Both the position numbers and the translations under genes were made by a program. The notes under the pieces are model-generated. The model ran no database searches. It was given only the letters and a program-made list of their open reading frames with translations, and was not told the origin of the DNA. DNA of 62,746 bases, counting the filler, from Craspedostauros australis (lineage: Eukaryota): NCBI GenBank assembly GCA_030167865.1. It is 5 parts of 5 records of this genome, joined end to end, with 100 filler letters (N's around TTAATTAATTAA, not from the genome) between each part and the next. Parts side by side here need not be neighbours in the genome. Positions count along the whole stretch, not along the records: positions 1 to 27,457 come from JALAGF010006700.1; 4 more parts are not named here. One strand, written 5' to 3'. This document shows positions 11,535 through 23,073 of this stretch, one piece after another (positions within the stretch are counted from its first letter, which is position 1; every line of letters begins with the position of its first letter).

Positions 11535-13427
11535 TTAATCACGACGTCCATCATCTGGTCGGAGTTTAACATCCTGTTTTTGGACGACAACATTGCCTTC
11601 ATCACTGTTGTCAAGGATATTCTGAACCTCCTTCTCGATGGCCGCCAGCATGATCTCGAATCCCTTGCTGGATAGGTGCGCAAAATCGGGCATCAGATCC
11701 TTCACGATCTGCTTGTTGGTTTCCCGGTAATGCTCGTTGCCCATGGAACCCAAGAAGAGGTTGTCGACGTCGAAATACACGAGATGGTCCTGCTTCGAGG
11801 CAAAGTGCTTCAGTTCCTTGTTGATGGCACGGATGGCCGGCCACAGCGGGTAATCCTCCTTGGCGAAGAATTCGTTGCGCTTCAGCTGACGATCATTGTT
11901 GGATTTCCGCTTCTTGACCTTGGCGCTGACGTGCGTTTCGTTCTTGGTGCCACGGTACTCATTGACGATCCCGCTGTCGAGTGTCGAGCGTGGCATCAGC
12001 CCCTGCAGCACGATGGTCACACCTGGATTCATTTCGAAGATGCGATCGGCGATCTTGAGGATGCCCAAAGTGACGGCCTCTTCGGAGCACAGATTGTTGG
12101 CAAGGTCGTTCATTCCGATGTGAACCCAGAAGATTTTGGGTGACCAGTCCTTGGGGATTTCACCATTCTCAATGCGCCAAAGCAGATTGCTCGTCTGAAA
12201 CAAATTGCGGAGTAGAGCAGAAGAGAGGACGGTGGCGCAGGGCAATGCAGTTTGGTGTTCACGTATGTGCCATGTTGTATCAGGGAGTGCACAGATGAAC
12301 ATCAAACGAGGATTTATTTTGGAAGCGTTGAGCATGGCGCGGCAGGTGTGAGGGAAATAGATTCATCAAAACAGAATGCGCCAAATTCATGCAGAGTGCT
12401 CTGCTCATCCATGGCTGTTTCAAAACTCTCGCAACACAATGCAAGCACAATCAAGTTCGACTTGCGACGGCGCTGACCATGCCGCACGGGAGGAACGTCC
12501 AAAGCCATTGCTTGATATTGTGGCGTATAGTCATGCAGCTTGAAAAGTCGCACAGCTCATGGCATTGCTGGAGTGCATCTCTTGCATCTTTCGCAACGAA
12601 CGTACCGTATCATCCGATATTCCTTGTGCAATCGCATTCAAACCCCAACCACCTGGATCCGTGAATCTTTTCTCGAAGTCGGAACTGACAACCGTGGGAT
12701 CCGCCTCGAAGTACTTGGCCCCGTTGAAGGCGTTCGTCATCTCATCGCCCAGAAAGATGACGTCCAAGTCATTGTTCTTGCTCTTGACCTTGTCGTTGTT
12801 GGTTTGATGCATCTTCCTCCACGTCTCCGAGTCTCCCTCCGTCGGTTCCGTCGTGTCGGAGCATTGGCAGGACGTGTCATCGCCAAACAAACACCAGTGG
12901 CTGATGTGCGCCGTCTTGAGATTGTAATATCCATCGATGTCACCAAAATGCTCCCGCAAATGCGGCGGGATGTACTTGTACTCGCCCCGATGGCGCAGGA
13001 AGAGGATCTTGAAGAAGAGAAGGCCGACGACGGCGAAGACCACCTTGGATCCTCTGGGATAGGCCCGCGAAAACCAAACGAGGTAGGCCATGCATTGCTT
13101 GAGCTTGTTCTGCAGGTACCGTTTGACGTCGTCGACCTTGATCTTCTGCGCATCCTGCTGCACCTTCTTCCAGTCGATGTTCTTGAGCTTGCCAAAGTCG
13201 ACTCGCTTCAATTCGTTGACGTCCATCTCCTTGACGAGCTTCTGGTAGCTGACGTCGGAGAACGGATTGATGTCCTTGGTCTTGTCGTCCGCCGATGCCT
13301 TGCCGTTGGCACCGCCATTGTTAGCAGCATGGCCGTTGGCATGACCGTTGGTGGGGTTCAACGACTCCATCTCCACCTCCATCATGCCCAGATCGCCTGG
13401 GTTGTTGCCTGGCTTCAAGCCCACCAT
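11535..13427 (-). CDS. Two-exon type II membrane SGNH/GDSL (PAF-acetylhydrolase-like) protein; the nucleophile position is Glu
   Basis: Transmembrane segment VVFAVVGLLFFKILFL. Block I reads DVIFLGDEMT. GISDDT|TSNLLWRI spans the intron 12605-12195 (GTACGT...TTTCAG). Block III IGMND and block V PDFAH are present. Confidence 0.8.
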
Positions 13428-14341
13428 CGCCTATCCGTATGGATGTATTATATGAACTGTATTTGTGTGGGTAAGTACGAGGATGTGCCTGTATGTCTGC
13501 GTGGGTTCACGTGCTCTATTGTCGTTGGCAGTTGTTGCAGTCCTTCGTTGGGTCGTGGTGATGTGGAATGACCAAAAGGTGCTTTCTCGGTTGGCTATCC
13601 GTCAATGACCTTGCTCGATTCCTTGGGTGTGGCTTTGCGGCCTACTATGATATGATATGATATGATTGCGCAATATAATACTTCTTTCCAACTGGATTGA
13701 ACTGCAATGCAACGCAATCAGATGTGATGGTGAGATCTTGGAGTGCGTGCGTTGGTGCGAAAGGGGAGGCGATGAGTATGGGTATGCTGATGGTGATAGT
13801 GTGTGGTGTGGTGGTCACTCCCCACGACAGCGCGAAGAGAACGGTGGCTGAAAGTGGACGTTGGTGGTAATTCGGCGCACTTGTCGAAAGCGTCATTGTT
13901 GATTTTGGTGTTGTGACCATTTCGTGGTCCGTTGGATCGATCATGAAGACACAGTGAACGCTACCACAATCAACCTAGCTCTGCAACACAACTGCTTTTA
14001 GCACGGCTGAGAATATGATTTACCCATGCACACCAATGTGTACGTGTGGTACTCGTATGCTGTTGGTCAGCAAGCAGTATCAGTATCAGTATCATTAGAG
14101 TTCCTCCACATGCTCTACTCTATTCGGCACGACCCTACTTCGAATTCAGTTCAAGAATCGGTTTTCTGCGCTTGGGGGCCTCTGGAGAATGCTGCCACCC
14201 ACACAATCTACCGTACGAGCAGTATGTGCGGTTCCTAATCAAGATCTTTACCTGCGATTACGAACGACAATGCAAGTGTTGTGCGTATGTGCCCTTGCTC
14301 AGAGTGTCTCCTGAACCACCCCCCTCCACTTCGATCCTCCC

Positions 14342-15091
14342 CTATATGAGAAAGGAACCTTGCAACTTCGCGATGAGCTCCTTCTCCATCGACAGCGGAA
14401 CAGCGAGATAACGGTCCGCCTGCACCAGGATCTGCGACTTCTCCGCCTCCAAGGCGTCTTCCAGCGCTTCTCTGCCGCAGTCGATACCATCCACGATGAT
14501 GTTCCTGTTGGACATATCCATGCTCCCGCTGAAGGTACCGCCACCCTCCACCCAAGCAAAGTGAGCATCGTTCGTCAACGGCCACACGGAGACCACCTCG
14601 TTGCGCCAGGATCGGGCCTGTTCCGGATCGGTCCACGTCAAGAAGCTGTCCGCAGGTCGCGGGACGGGATGGCCCGACAGCATGTCCAGCACCGGCTGCG
14701 ACAGCACGACGCCTGCCGAATGCTCCACCGCCACGATGCTGGGTTGCGCGGACTTGGGCGCCAGCTTGTACATCATTTGGTACCCGCTGGCCACGACGCC
14801 GTGCAAGAATCGACGATCGCACGATTGGTCGATCAAGGCGACGGCTTCGTCGATGGAGCCCAGACGGTTCGTTGTTGTGACGGAATCATCCGCCAGAAGA
14901 GGAGTCTCCCTCTGCTGCGCAACACCGGCGGCGACGGCAACAGCAGCTGCGGCGGATCCAAACAGGCCGCGTCGATCAGTCAGCAGGTTGGAAGCCTCCA
15001 CTGTTGGGCGCGCCGCTGTTGGTGTCGACAGCGCATGCGTATTCCATTGCGCGCACAGCAGCGAGGCGGAGAGGAAGCAGGCAGTCTTCAT
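14342..15091 (-). CDS. Uncharacterised plastid protein, probably thylakoid lumen
   Basis: Signal peptide MKTACFLSASLLCAQWNTHA, a transit-like Ser/Thr/Ala region and a twin-arginine motif TDRRGLFGSAAAAVAVAAG. Confidence 0.65.
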   Translation of the reverse strand: MKTACFLSASLLCAQWNTHALSTPTAARPTVEASNLLTDRRGLFGSAAAAVAVAAGVAQQRETPLLADDSVTTTNRLGSIDEAVALIDQSCDRRFLHGVVASGYQMMYKLAPKSAQPSIVAVEHSAGVVLSQPVLDMLSGHPVPRPADSFLTWTDPEQARSWRNEVVSVWPLTNDAHFAWVEGGGTFSGSMDMSNRNIIVDGIDCGREALEDALEAEKSQILVQADRYLAVPLSMEKELIAKLQGSFLI

Positions 15092-16185
15092 TGTTCTGCG
15101 TATGGTATGGTAAACGTGAAATCAGTCGTCGTTTCGGATGAATTGATGCACAGTCTGAGGTTGTTTGCCTTGATCGTGTCGTTTGGGCTGAGTCAGTTTC
15201 GTCCTGTTGTGTTGTGTTCTGCTCTGTTGGTATGAGGACCTTGGCTCGTACGACTATCACACCCATGAACTCTACTCGTATCCTCACCGTGCTGATGTTA
15301 CTTTTGTTTCTGTTTCCGTTCCTGGTGACGATTTTGCGACTTTGCGTTCTTCTTCGCAAATCCGAGAATCGCAGATGGCCAGTTGTTCGTCGACGCCCGC
15401 ACGACGTACGCAAAGTCGTGCAAGTAGATGCAACCACACAACAACATGAGCAGATGGACATACTATGTGCTGGGCATGTATCGCTGTATCCACTGGCTAC
15501 GAGCAGAGCAGAGCAGAGGAGTCTATGTATCTATTATACTCGCATAGTATAATAGGTACATACCATAGCTATGATACCTTAGACTATGAATAGCTTCCAA
15601 TGCGCCCGAGTTACTTCGTCGTGCTATCCTATTCCCCTACTCTTTAGTTTGCCGAACGTGTAGAACTCACGGAAGGAACGTCACAGTCCATATCTGCCTT
15701 CCGTTGGAGCAGCAACGCTTTCTGCTTTATCCGCATCGCTGTGATTGAAGTAAAGTAGTTCGGAGCACAGAGAGGAGAACGTCGCAAAAGCGCTGATGTT
15801 AGCAAAAGGAAGTGTCCCCTCATTCTATACTGACCAAAAGACGGACGATCATTTGGCCAGCTCAAACAGATGGACCGACGCATGAAACGCATCAGATAAT
15901 CTTGCAAGGAGAAATTAGGAGACGTCAAGGATACTGCCGATCCATGAGTCGCTGCATCTTGCATAAACACCGCGCACCATTGGTGCGAGTAGTGCGTCGA
16001 TGTGAGAGAAGGAAACGAAGAGAAGCGGAAAGGACAAACGAGTCTTGCTGGGGCAAACAGACAGAGCATGATGCTGATACAGCCACGACACACTGGAGAA
16101 CAACGAGCACAAAAAGCCACGTCCACTCGCATCGGCCGGACATACCTGTGCATCCTCCCGAGTAGCGTGCTCGCAACCGCCCTCA

Positions 16186-19100
16186 TCAAGATACAGTCGC
16201 ACACCAAACACTCTCATCGATACCGTACACTCGCTTCTTGAGCGCGCTTGGGAAGATCGCCACGACATCCAGCCACGGCTGTTCGACGATCACCATCTCG
16301 TTGGCATCGAGAAAGTCGAGGAACAGCATGCTCGTGTAGCTAAGGCACAATGTGCAACCCTTCTGCGATTCTTGTCATCGCCTCGACCTGCTTCTTCTTG
16401 CGGTCTCCAAGACCATTGGTGTTGGCGAAAGCATTCTTGTCATCGTCATCATCATCATCATCATCATCTTGCTTCTTTTTGTTCTTCCTTCGCATATGCG
16501 CTTGAGGGAAGACTCTGCAGTGCTCTGGCAGCTCCTGAGTCCAATCGATGACACAGAACATCCCAAACGATCCCTGATGGTTATCAAAGTTCCGAAGAGA
16601 CAAACGCAGAGTACAATAGAGTGTGGGTATCATCGTGCATGGTGTATATACGTATGTGTACATCCACATTGACATAATCACGTGAGATGGGTGGGAATGC
16701 AGAAACAAGTGCACAAAACAGATCAACGAGAGCCCCAAGCAGGACAGTGTCGCATTTTTTGTTCGCTGGAATGTGGAACATGTCCCTCCTTACTATACCA
16801 CATCGATGATCGTGAAGCAATTCTCGACACGGGCGAAATGGAGGGGTGAATGCTGATGTTGCAAGTTCGGCAAGCCACCAAGATGTGGAAGGTTCATCGT
16901 GATGCAATTGCGATCGTGCGAGTGGAGAACAGAGGAATGCCGATCCTGATCCGTGCTTACGTACCATGATCGGCTTGTCACTGGAGCCAGGGTTGGCGGT
17001 CATGCGAACATGGAGCGCCCTCTTGCTCTGCAACTCCCGAGGCACCATCGGCAATGGATACCCTTGTTGCTTGCTCCATGACGAGAACTTCTTGCTCTCT
17101 TTGTCGAAAACATACGCTTCCGACGCAGGGTTGGCGACTGCAACCATGGGCTTGTCGTTATTGCGCAAGAAGGTCAACGCGCTGGTTCGGCCATTCACGG
17201 GTGGCATCGTCCAGAAGTGTCGGTACATGCCCTTGACCTTTTTGCCACCGCGCTTCAGGATCGTCGCTGCGTTCTTCGTTTGGCTGGAGAGCGTGGCGAT
17301 GTAGTTCTCGTCGTCACTCACGAAGATGGAATTGCACGGGAGGGCTGGCCAAAGACGACCACTGTTGGGGACTTCGTTGTTCCCCTCGCCTTTGTGCTGT
17401 CTGGGCTGCTGTAGGACGGAGTGCGAGATGGAAGCCAGGTTGCTGATGGAGCAACAGTGGACGTCACCAAAGACATCTGTCGCAACGAAACGGTGGTTCT
17501 TCAGGAATTTGAGACAAGTGAGAGGTGGGAAGTTGAGAGTGTCGATGCCGTCGACCTGCTGAGGATCGATGCGCACGACGGCGCCTTCGTTGGTTTCAAG
17601 CTCCAGGCGAAAGAGGTAGACTGTGGATGCGTCGCAGACCAGGAGGTACTTTCCGTCATCGCTCATGGACGAAGACACGAGGTTGGACATGGAGTTGACC
17701 TTGGCGGAACCCACACGCTTCGTGGCGGGGTTGTCCGTTGTGTTCGGTCCTGACTTGCGGATGGCGTAGATGTCCACGCGCTGGTTGCGCTGGATAATAA
17801 AGCAAGCGCGCATCCTTCGACAATCCCTTCACTGGCGAAATGGAGGGATTGGGGTAGACGATCTTGGGACGCAACTTGAAGAACCGCTCCACAACCGCCA
17901 GGGAGAGCTTGGTGTCGACGCCGCCCGTGACGAGGTATTCGACGAGATCCCCATTGAAGTCACGAATCTGGCATGTTGTCATGGCCTTGACGTCATGCGT
18001 GTGAGGCCGTTGCGCGCCGGTCACGCGCCAAGGACCATGGTTTCCACCGACGCTGACCTGTCGCTACAGGCACATGACCTTGCTGTCCACGCCGCTGGCG
18101 AAGATGCGGTTGCCATCGTCAGAGACGGCCAGGCACAGCACGTCGGCCTGCTGTTCGTTGTGGTCGATGGACTGCAGGAGGGTACCGCTGACGGCGTCCC
18201 AGAACTGCACCTTGCCGATGGACGTTGCGGTCACTAATGTGCCGTCGTCAAGCTGATTGATGCATCAGACACGCGTGGGGGTATCGCGACCTTGCACTGC
18301 CACTGTAATGCGGCAGGATCTCTGGACGGAGGTCGATGCCACCGTGGCACCCTCGCCGCTGTCCAAGCTGGTCTGCAGCTCCACCGCGTACTGTCGAATC
18401 GTACTGTTGGCAACACCTGCATATAGGACGGTGTTGAGTTTTCTAAAATTGCCGGAGATGGCACTCTGCTTGCAATCGACCTTCCAGTCCATGGAGAGAA
18501 TGGCGGATCCCAACGACGGCAACGTCGACACAATTTCAAGCGTCTTTCCGCTTGGTCCCGATCGGATCGCGACGATGCGGGCGGAGCCATCCTGACATCC
18601 CGCGGCAAGCAAGCTGCTGCCGCACTCATTGAGCTTGCTGAGGGCGAAGACACCACCTCCACCGCTGGAGATGCGAGAGCAGATCTGCGACGTTTCAAAG
18701 TCGACGATGAACAACGATCCGTCCGCGCTGCCGCCCACCAAAGTTGGCGATGCCGATGTGCGCGCCTCCTGCATCCGTTCGATCGTGGATGCGACCACGT
18801 GCTGGCTGCCGGCAACGCGGGCGATGGTCCAGCTCTTGTCCTCCATCGACTTCAGCTCGACGCTGCCATCATTGCGGGCGATGGCGAGGAAGGCATGCGA
18901 CGTGTCGCTGTCTTGAGCAACCTGGACGGCGCTCATGGCAACGATCTCGTGAGGAATGAACTTGAGATCCCGTATCCTGTGGACCAATGTATTCATGACT
19001 GACCCGGTCTTCTTCTTCTTCGATGATGATGATAATGTCGAACCTTCGTCCGACTTGTCCTAGATGATGTGAGGATTGGGTCGACCGTTGACCTGCTTGA

Positions 19101-19602
19101 AGGCAGATGAGATCTTCCTTCTCTTCTGCGACCTGCGTTCCTGCTTCGATGTCACAGGCGTCAAGGGAGAAAGCATAGGCTTGTTCTTGCTTGCATTGGG
19201 AGACTTGATCTGCTTCGTCGGTGTCTTGGCCTTCGATTTTGCAGCGGTCTTCGTGCTGGACTTCGCACTCGTTGGAGGTTTTGGCCGATTCTTTGCAGAC
19301 GGGGCCGTCGCCGGCGTCCTCGATGTCCGCTGATTGGACCCTCCATCGGTCTTCAAGGATGGTGTCGCAAATGGGTCCGTGCTCATCGCACTCTTGCTAG
19401 CACGCAACGACGAGCGCTTCCTTCGCTTGCGTTTTGTGTTTGCATCCTTCTGCGGAGTCTCCAAGCTGCCACTGTTGGCATCAAGCCTGTTCGGTGGCAC
19501 GGTGATAGAATCGACATTGTTGTTCGATGCTGACTTCTGCTTCTCCTTCTTCTTTGGCGTTGGCGTCTGCGCCTCGCTGTGCGTAGCATTGGAGGCCGTC
19601 AT
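16186..19602 (-). pseudogene. UTP4: Disrupted UTP4/Cirhin (U3 snoRNP WD40 protein)
   Basis: UTP4-type motifs VHRIR, DGTLV..S.GKVQFWD..GTLLQS, ADVL, GVDSKV, RPHTHDVKA, GGVD and EMVIVEQPW...ALKKRVYG. In-frame stops at 19060-62 (TAG), 18265-67 (TGA) and 18064-66 (TAG). Frameshifts near 17799-17801 and ~16355-16374. Intron at 16964-16574. Confidence 0.8.
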
Positions 19603-20448
19603 GTTGCAAACGGAGACATCGTTGACAATGATGATGATGATGATAATGATTTGTGCGATGATGTTGATGCAGATCTGCGGCTCGCAGACTTTGCGTTGGT
19701 GATGTTGGTTGCCTTTCTCCAGAACCGCACAACATCATTTTCGGTTCTCGTTGGTTGATGGGTGGAGGAGGACCCATAACCCATTGGTGCCCACTTCTAT
19801 TTCGATCCTCCGCAGCAGCCCCAGCGTACTACTATGTGATGGCCAATACGTACATTGATCATGCCCTATCAATGGGCTTTGCCCTGGTCCTGTCCCAACA
19901 ATGCCAGCTAGGATGTTGCGGTCCATTTCCATCACCATTGCTTCGTATTGTATGATCTCGTAGTGTTCCATTGTCAGGAGATCCTTGTGGAGAGTGGTAG
20001 AGGCGCCACGTCCCACTCCTGACGAGGGCACGCTCTGGAGAGATGCATACACTTGGAGCGCCAGAGGAAGATACAGTAGGTGCGTCAGTACATGTTCTTA
20101 CAGCTGCAGAGTTGAGCATCGTGGAGTCGATTGTTTTGGTACTGTTGACTGACTACTCGTGTTGAAATGTAACACTCTGGGCATATATGGTGATTTTACA
20201 GATTACATGTAGGCTATTGTGTTTCTGCATACGCCTGTTGGGACAAGAGAGCGCTGGTCAAGATTGATTTGTCAGGCTGTATGCGGGTGGACGGCGAGAT
20301 CCCTTGGATACTTCCGGTGCGTTGGAGACCCAATGAAGAGGGTGATTTTGTTGTTATCCACAAGGTGGCTGGCCCAAACCCTTCAAGACCTGGATTTGGT
20401 GTGGAACCGGAGGAGGGATGTGTTCGTGCTCCTGCTCCCACAGGCCAC

Positions 20449-23073
20449 TTAGGTGCAGGTGGCTGGGCAAGAGCTGCCGGAGGCAATGGCGAAGACGGCA
20501 GTTACAGGCGCGCAGGAGTCGCCTGAATTAATACCGCTTTTGCATCGGTTGCATTTCATGCCATTCGCGATGGGGGTATCGTTGCACACGCCGTCGGAGA
20601 GGGTGATGTCCGCGTTAAAGTCGTAGTCGTAGCCCAAGTATTTGCAGGATTCCGCCGGCACGCAAGTACCATCACCAATCATTGTGTCTCCCTCGAACTG
20701 ATTGTAGTTTTGGCCGCAGTAGTAGTAGAGAGCGTTGATGTATGCGCACGAAGAGGCACCGACACAGGACCCGGCTCCCACAATAGTGGTGGACACACGC
20801 TTGTTGTCGGTGGTGCCGTTGCCCGTAGTGGGTGTTATGGTCTTGTAGTCTTCTGGTCCAGCACCCATGGCAACGCAGGCTCTTGCTGCAGCGCATGATT
20901 CTGCGCCAATAATGGCGTCGCCATCTGACTGTTGCGCGAGGGAGAAGCATGCCTGGCTTCCAGTGCACGATCCTGGTCCAATGATGGAGGCCTTGTCACT
21001 TCCAGAGTTGAAGTTGAAGAAGGAGCATGCGTCTGTATCGGGAGAAGAGCCAGAGAGGCAGGATCCCTGGAAGATCATGGACTGAGTCTCGATGCTTTTG
21101 CAAGCCTTGATCCCAATGCAACTGTTGGATGCGATAGACGCGATCCCGGTCCAGGAGCAGGCCTCGGTTCCAACGCAGCATGTGCGTCCCGCCATACCAC
21201 ACCAAGCGTTAGCCTCAGCATCGGTCCCCGTGAACATCTCACCGGTGGCAGTGGCGGCTGCGCTGAAGATATCGAGGACACCGGTCTTTCCGCTGATGGT
21301 ATTGAAGAGAGCGACGCCGTCAGCAATGGTTGCCTGGTTTTCGAAGATGGCAAGGAGATCTGCTTCGTTTCGGATAGTGGAGAGAAGGGTCTTTCCCTTT
21401 GCTGTGCTCGGTGTTCCGAGGGCAAACAGGAATGTCAGGGGAGTTGGAGCCGATGTTGGAGCTGCTGTTGGAGCAGAAGTTGGAGCCGATGTGGGAGCTG
21501 CTGTTGGACCAGTGGGGGCTGATGTGGGAGGTGACGTGACAGGTGTTGGGAAAGGGGTGGGGGAAAAGGTTGGACAGTCTGTGGGCAAGGTGTCCTTGCC
21601 AATGCAATACTCATCCACTCTGTNNNNNNNNNNNNNNNNNNNNNNNNNNNNNNNNNNNNNNNNNNNNNNNNNNCCACTCTGTCACCAGTGGGATTCATGT
21701 TGCTGTCGCTGCCTCCCTTTGGACAGGCCCCATCAACATCGCTGATGATGTAGACTTTGTCGGAGTCGCACTCCGTCTTTGTCATGCATCCCCTGCAGCC
21801 TTTGACACTGCTGCATCCACCAGGAGGGACGACAAGGTCGGTTGTCATCCTGTCATTGAAGCCCATCTTCTCGCATGACCCATCGGCCACACAGCCACCA
21901 GCACCAATGGTCAGGCTGCCTGCACGCTTGCCAGCAGTACCATAGTTGACAGTGGAATGGGCGTCCTTGCAGGCATTGCTGCCGACGCACGCATTCTCAC
22001 CGATGTCGATGTGGCTGCGGATGCGGGTGGTCTTCTGCACGACGCGGCGTCCGGCTGCCTTGCATGCGTCTGTCCCAACGCATGCACCGGTCTGGACGGT
22101 GACATCACCATGAGAACGACGTCCCACTCCCTCACAAGATTGAGGGGTGGTGCATGCCATCTCACCGACGAAGGTGACTCCTGTGATGGACGGGTTGATT
22201 CCATTTTCGTTCATCAACTCGCATGCACTCGCACCAGTGCAGGAGGAATCGAGAATGAGCGGGTTGGGTCCCATATCCTTGCAAGCGCTGTCGCCGGTGC
22301 AGGCAGTGATAGCGACGGTCATGAATGGAGGAGAGTTGGAGGCGGAACCGGTGACTGAGGTGCATCCCGAGGATCCTTGGCAGCATNNNNNNNNNNNNNN
22401 NNNNNNNNNNNNNNNNNNNNNNNNNNNNNNNNNNNNCGGCAGGCGATTGCATCGCAGCGATGTCCGTGCATGCTGTGCTCATTTCATCTGGTCGTTCGGT
22501 GATGAGGAGCGGCTTGGTGGTAGCGACCAGGGTCAATTGGCCAGAAAGGATATCACTGGATGCGTACTTGTTGAAGAGCTTGCGTGCAGCTCCTTCGCCG
22601 AGGTCTCCTGCACATCCGAAGAAGTTCTGCAGCTGCTCGGATTCCTTGACGGCGGTGATGGCTTCGCGGCAGGATGGCTTGGCAGAGTTACAGATGATGG
22701 TCTTGGCGCTTCTCTCTTCCATTGTGAGATCGGTAGCGCCATCCGGCTTGCAGGCAACGGAGATGGTGGAATCGAAGACGGTTGGGGCAGCTGATGGTTT
22801 GGCAGTTGGTAGGAGAGTGGGCTGGGAGGTCGGCGACGCGGTTGGCGGGGTCGTTTCCGGATCAGTTGGGTTTTCAGAGGGTGGCACTTGGTTGATCTTG
22901 TTGCCCTTGTTGATGTCACCGCCGGCGCCCTTGAGGATGCGGGTCTTCGTCATCATTATGTGGAGTTCCTCGGTTGGATCCACAGGAATCCTGTTGCCGC
23001 GGAGCACGGCGTCGACCGTCGCCGTGTCGGCGAGAGCGAGAAAGGTCGCGAAGGCTGTCTTGGTGTAGATCAT
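20449..23073 (-). CDS. ~840-aa secreted protein with two tandem modules (PT-rich linker, helical segment, CxxxxxC repeat array)
   Basis: Signal peptide MIYTKTAFATFLALADTATVDA followed by LRG and RIL motifs. Three ORF pieces are separated by 50-N gaps. The gap at 21624-21673 is flanked by a duplicated CCACTCTGT; collapsing it joins the ORFs in frame (PTGDRVDEYC). Confidence 0.7.
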
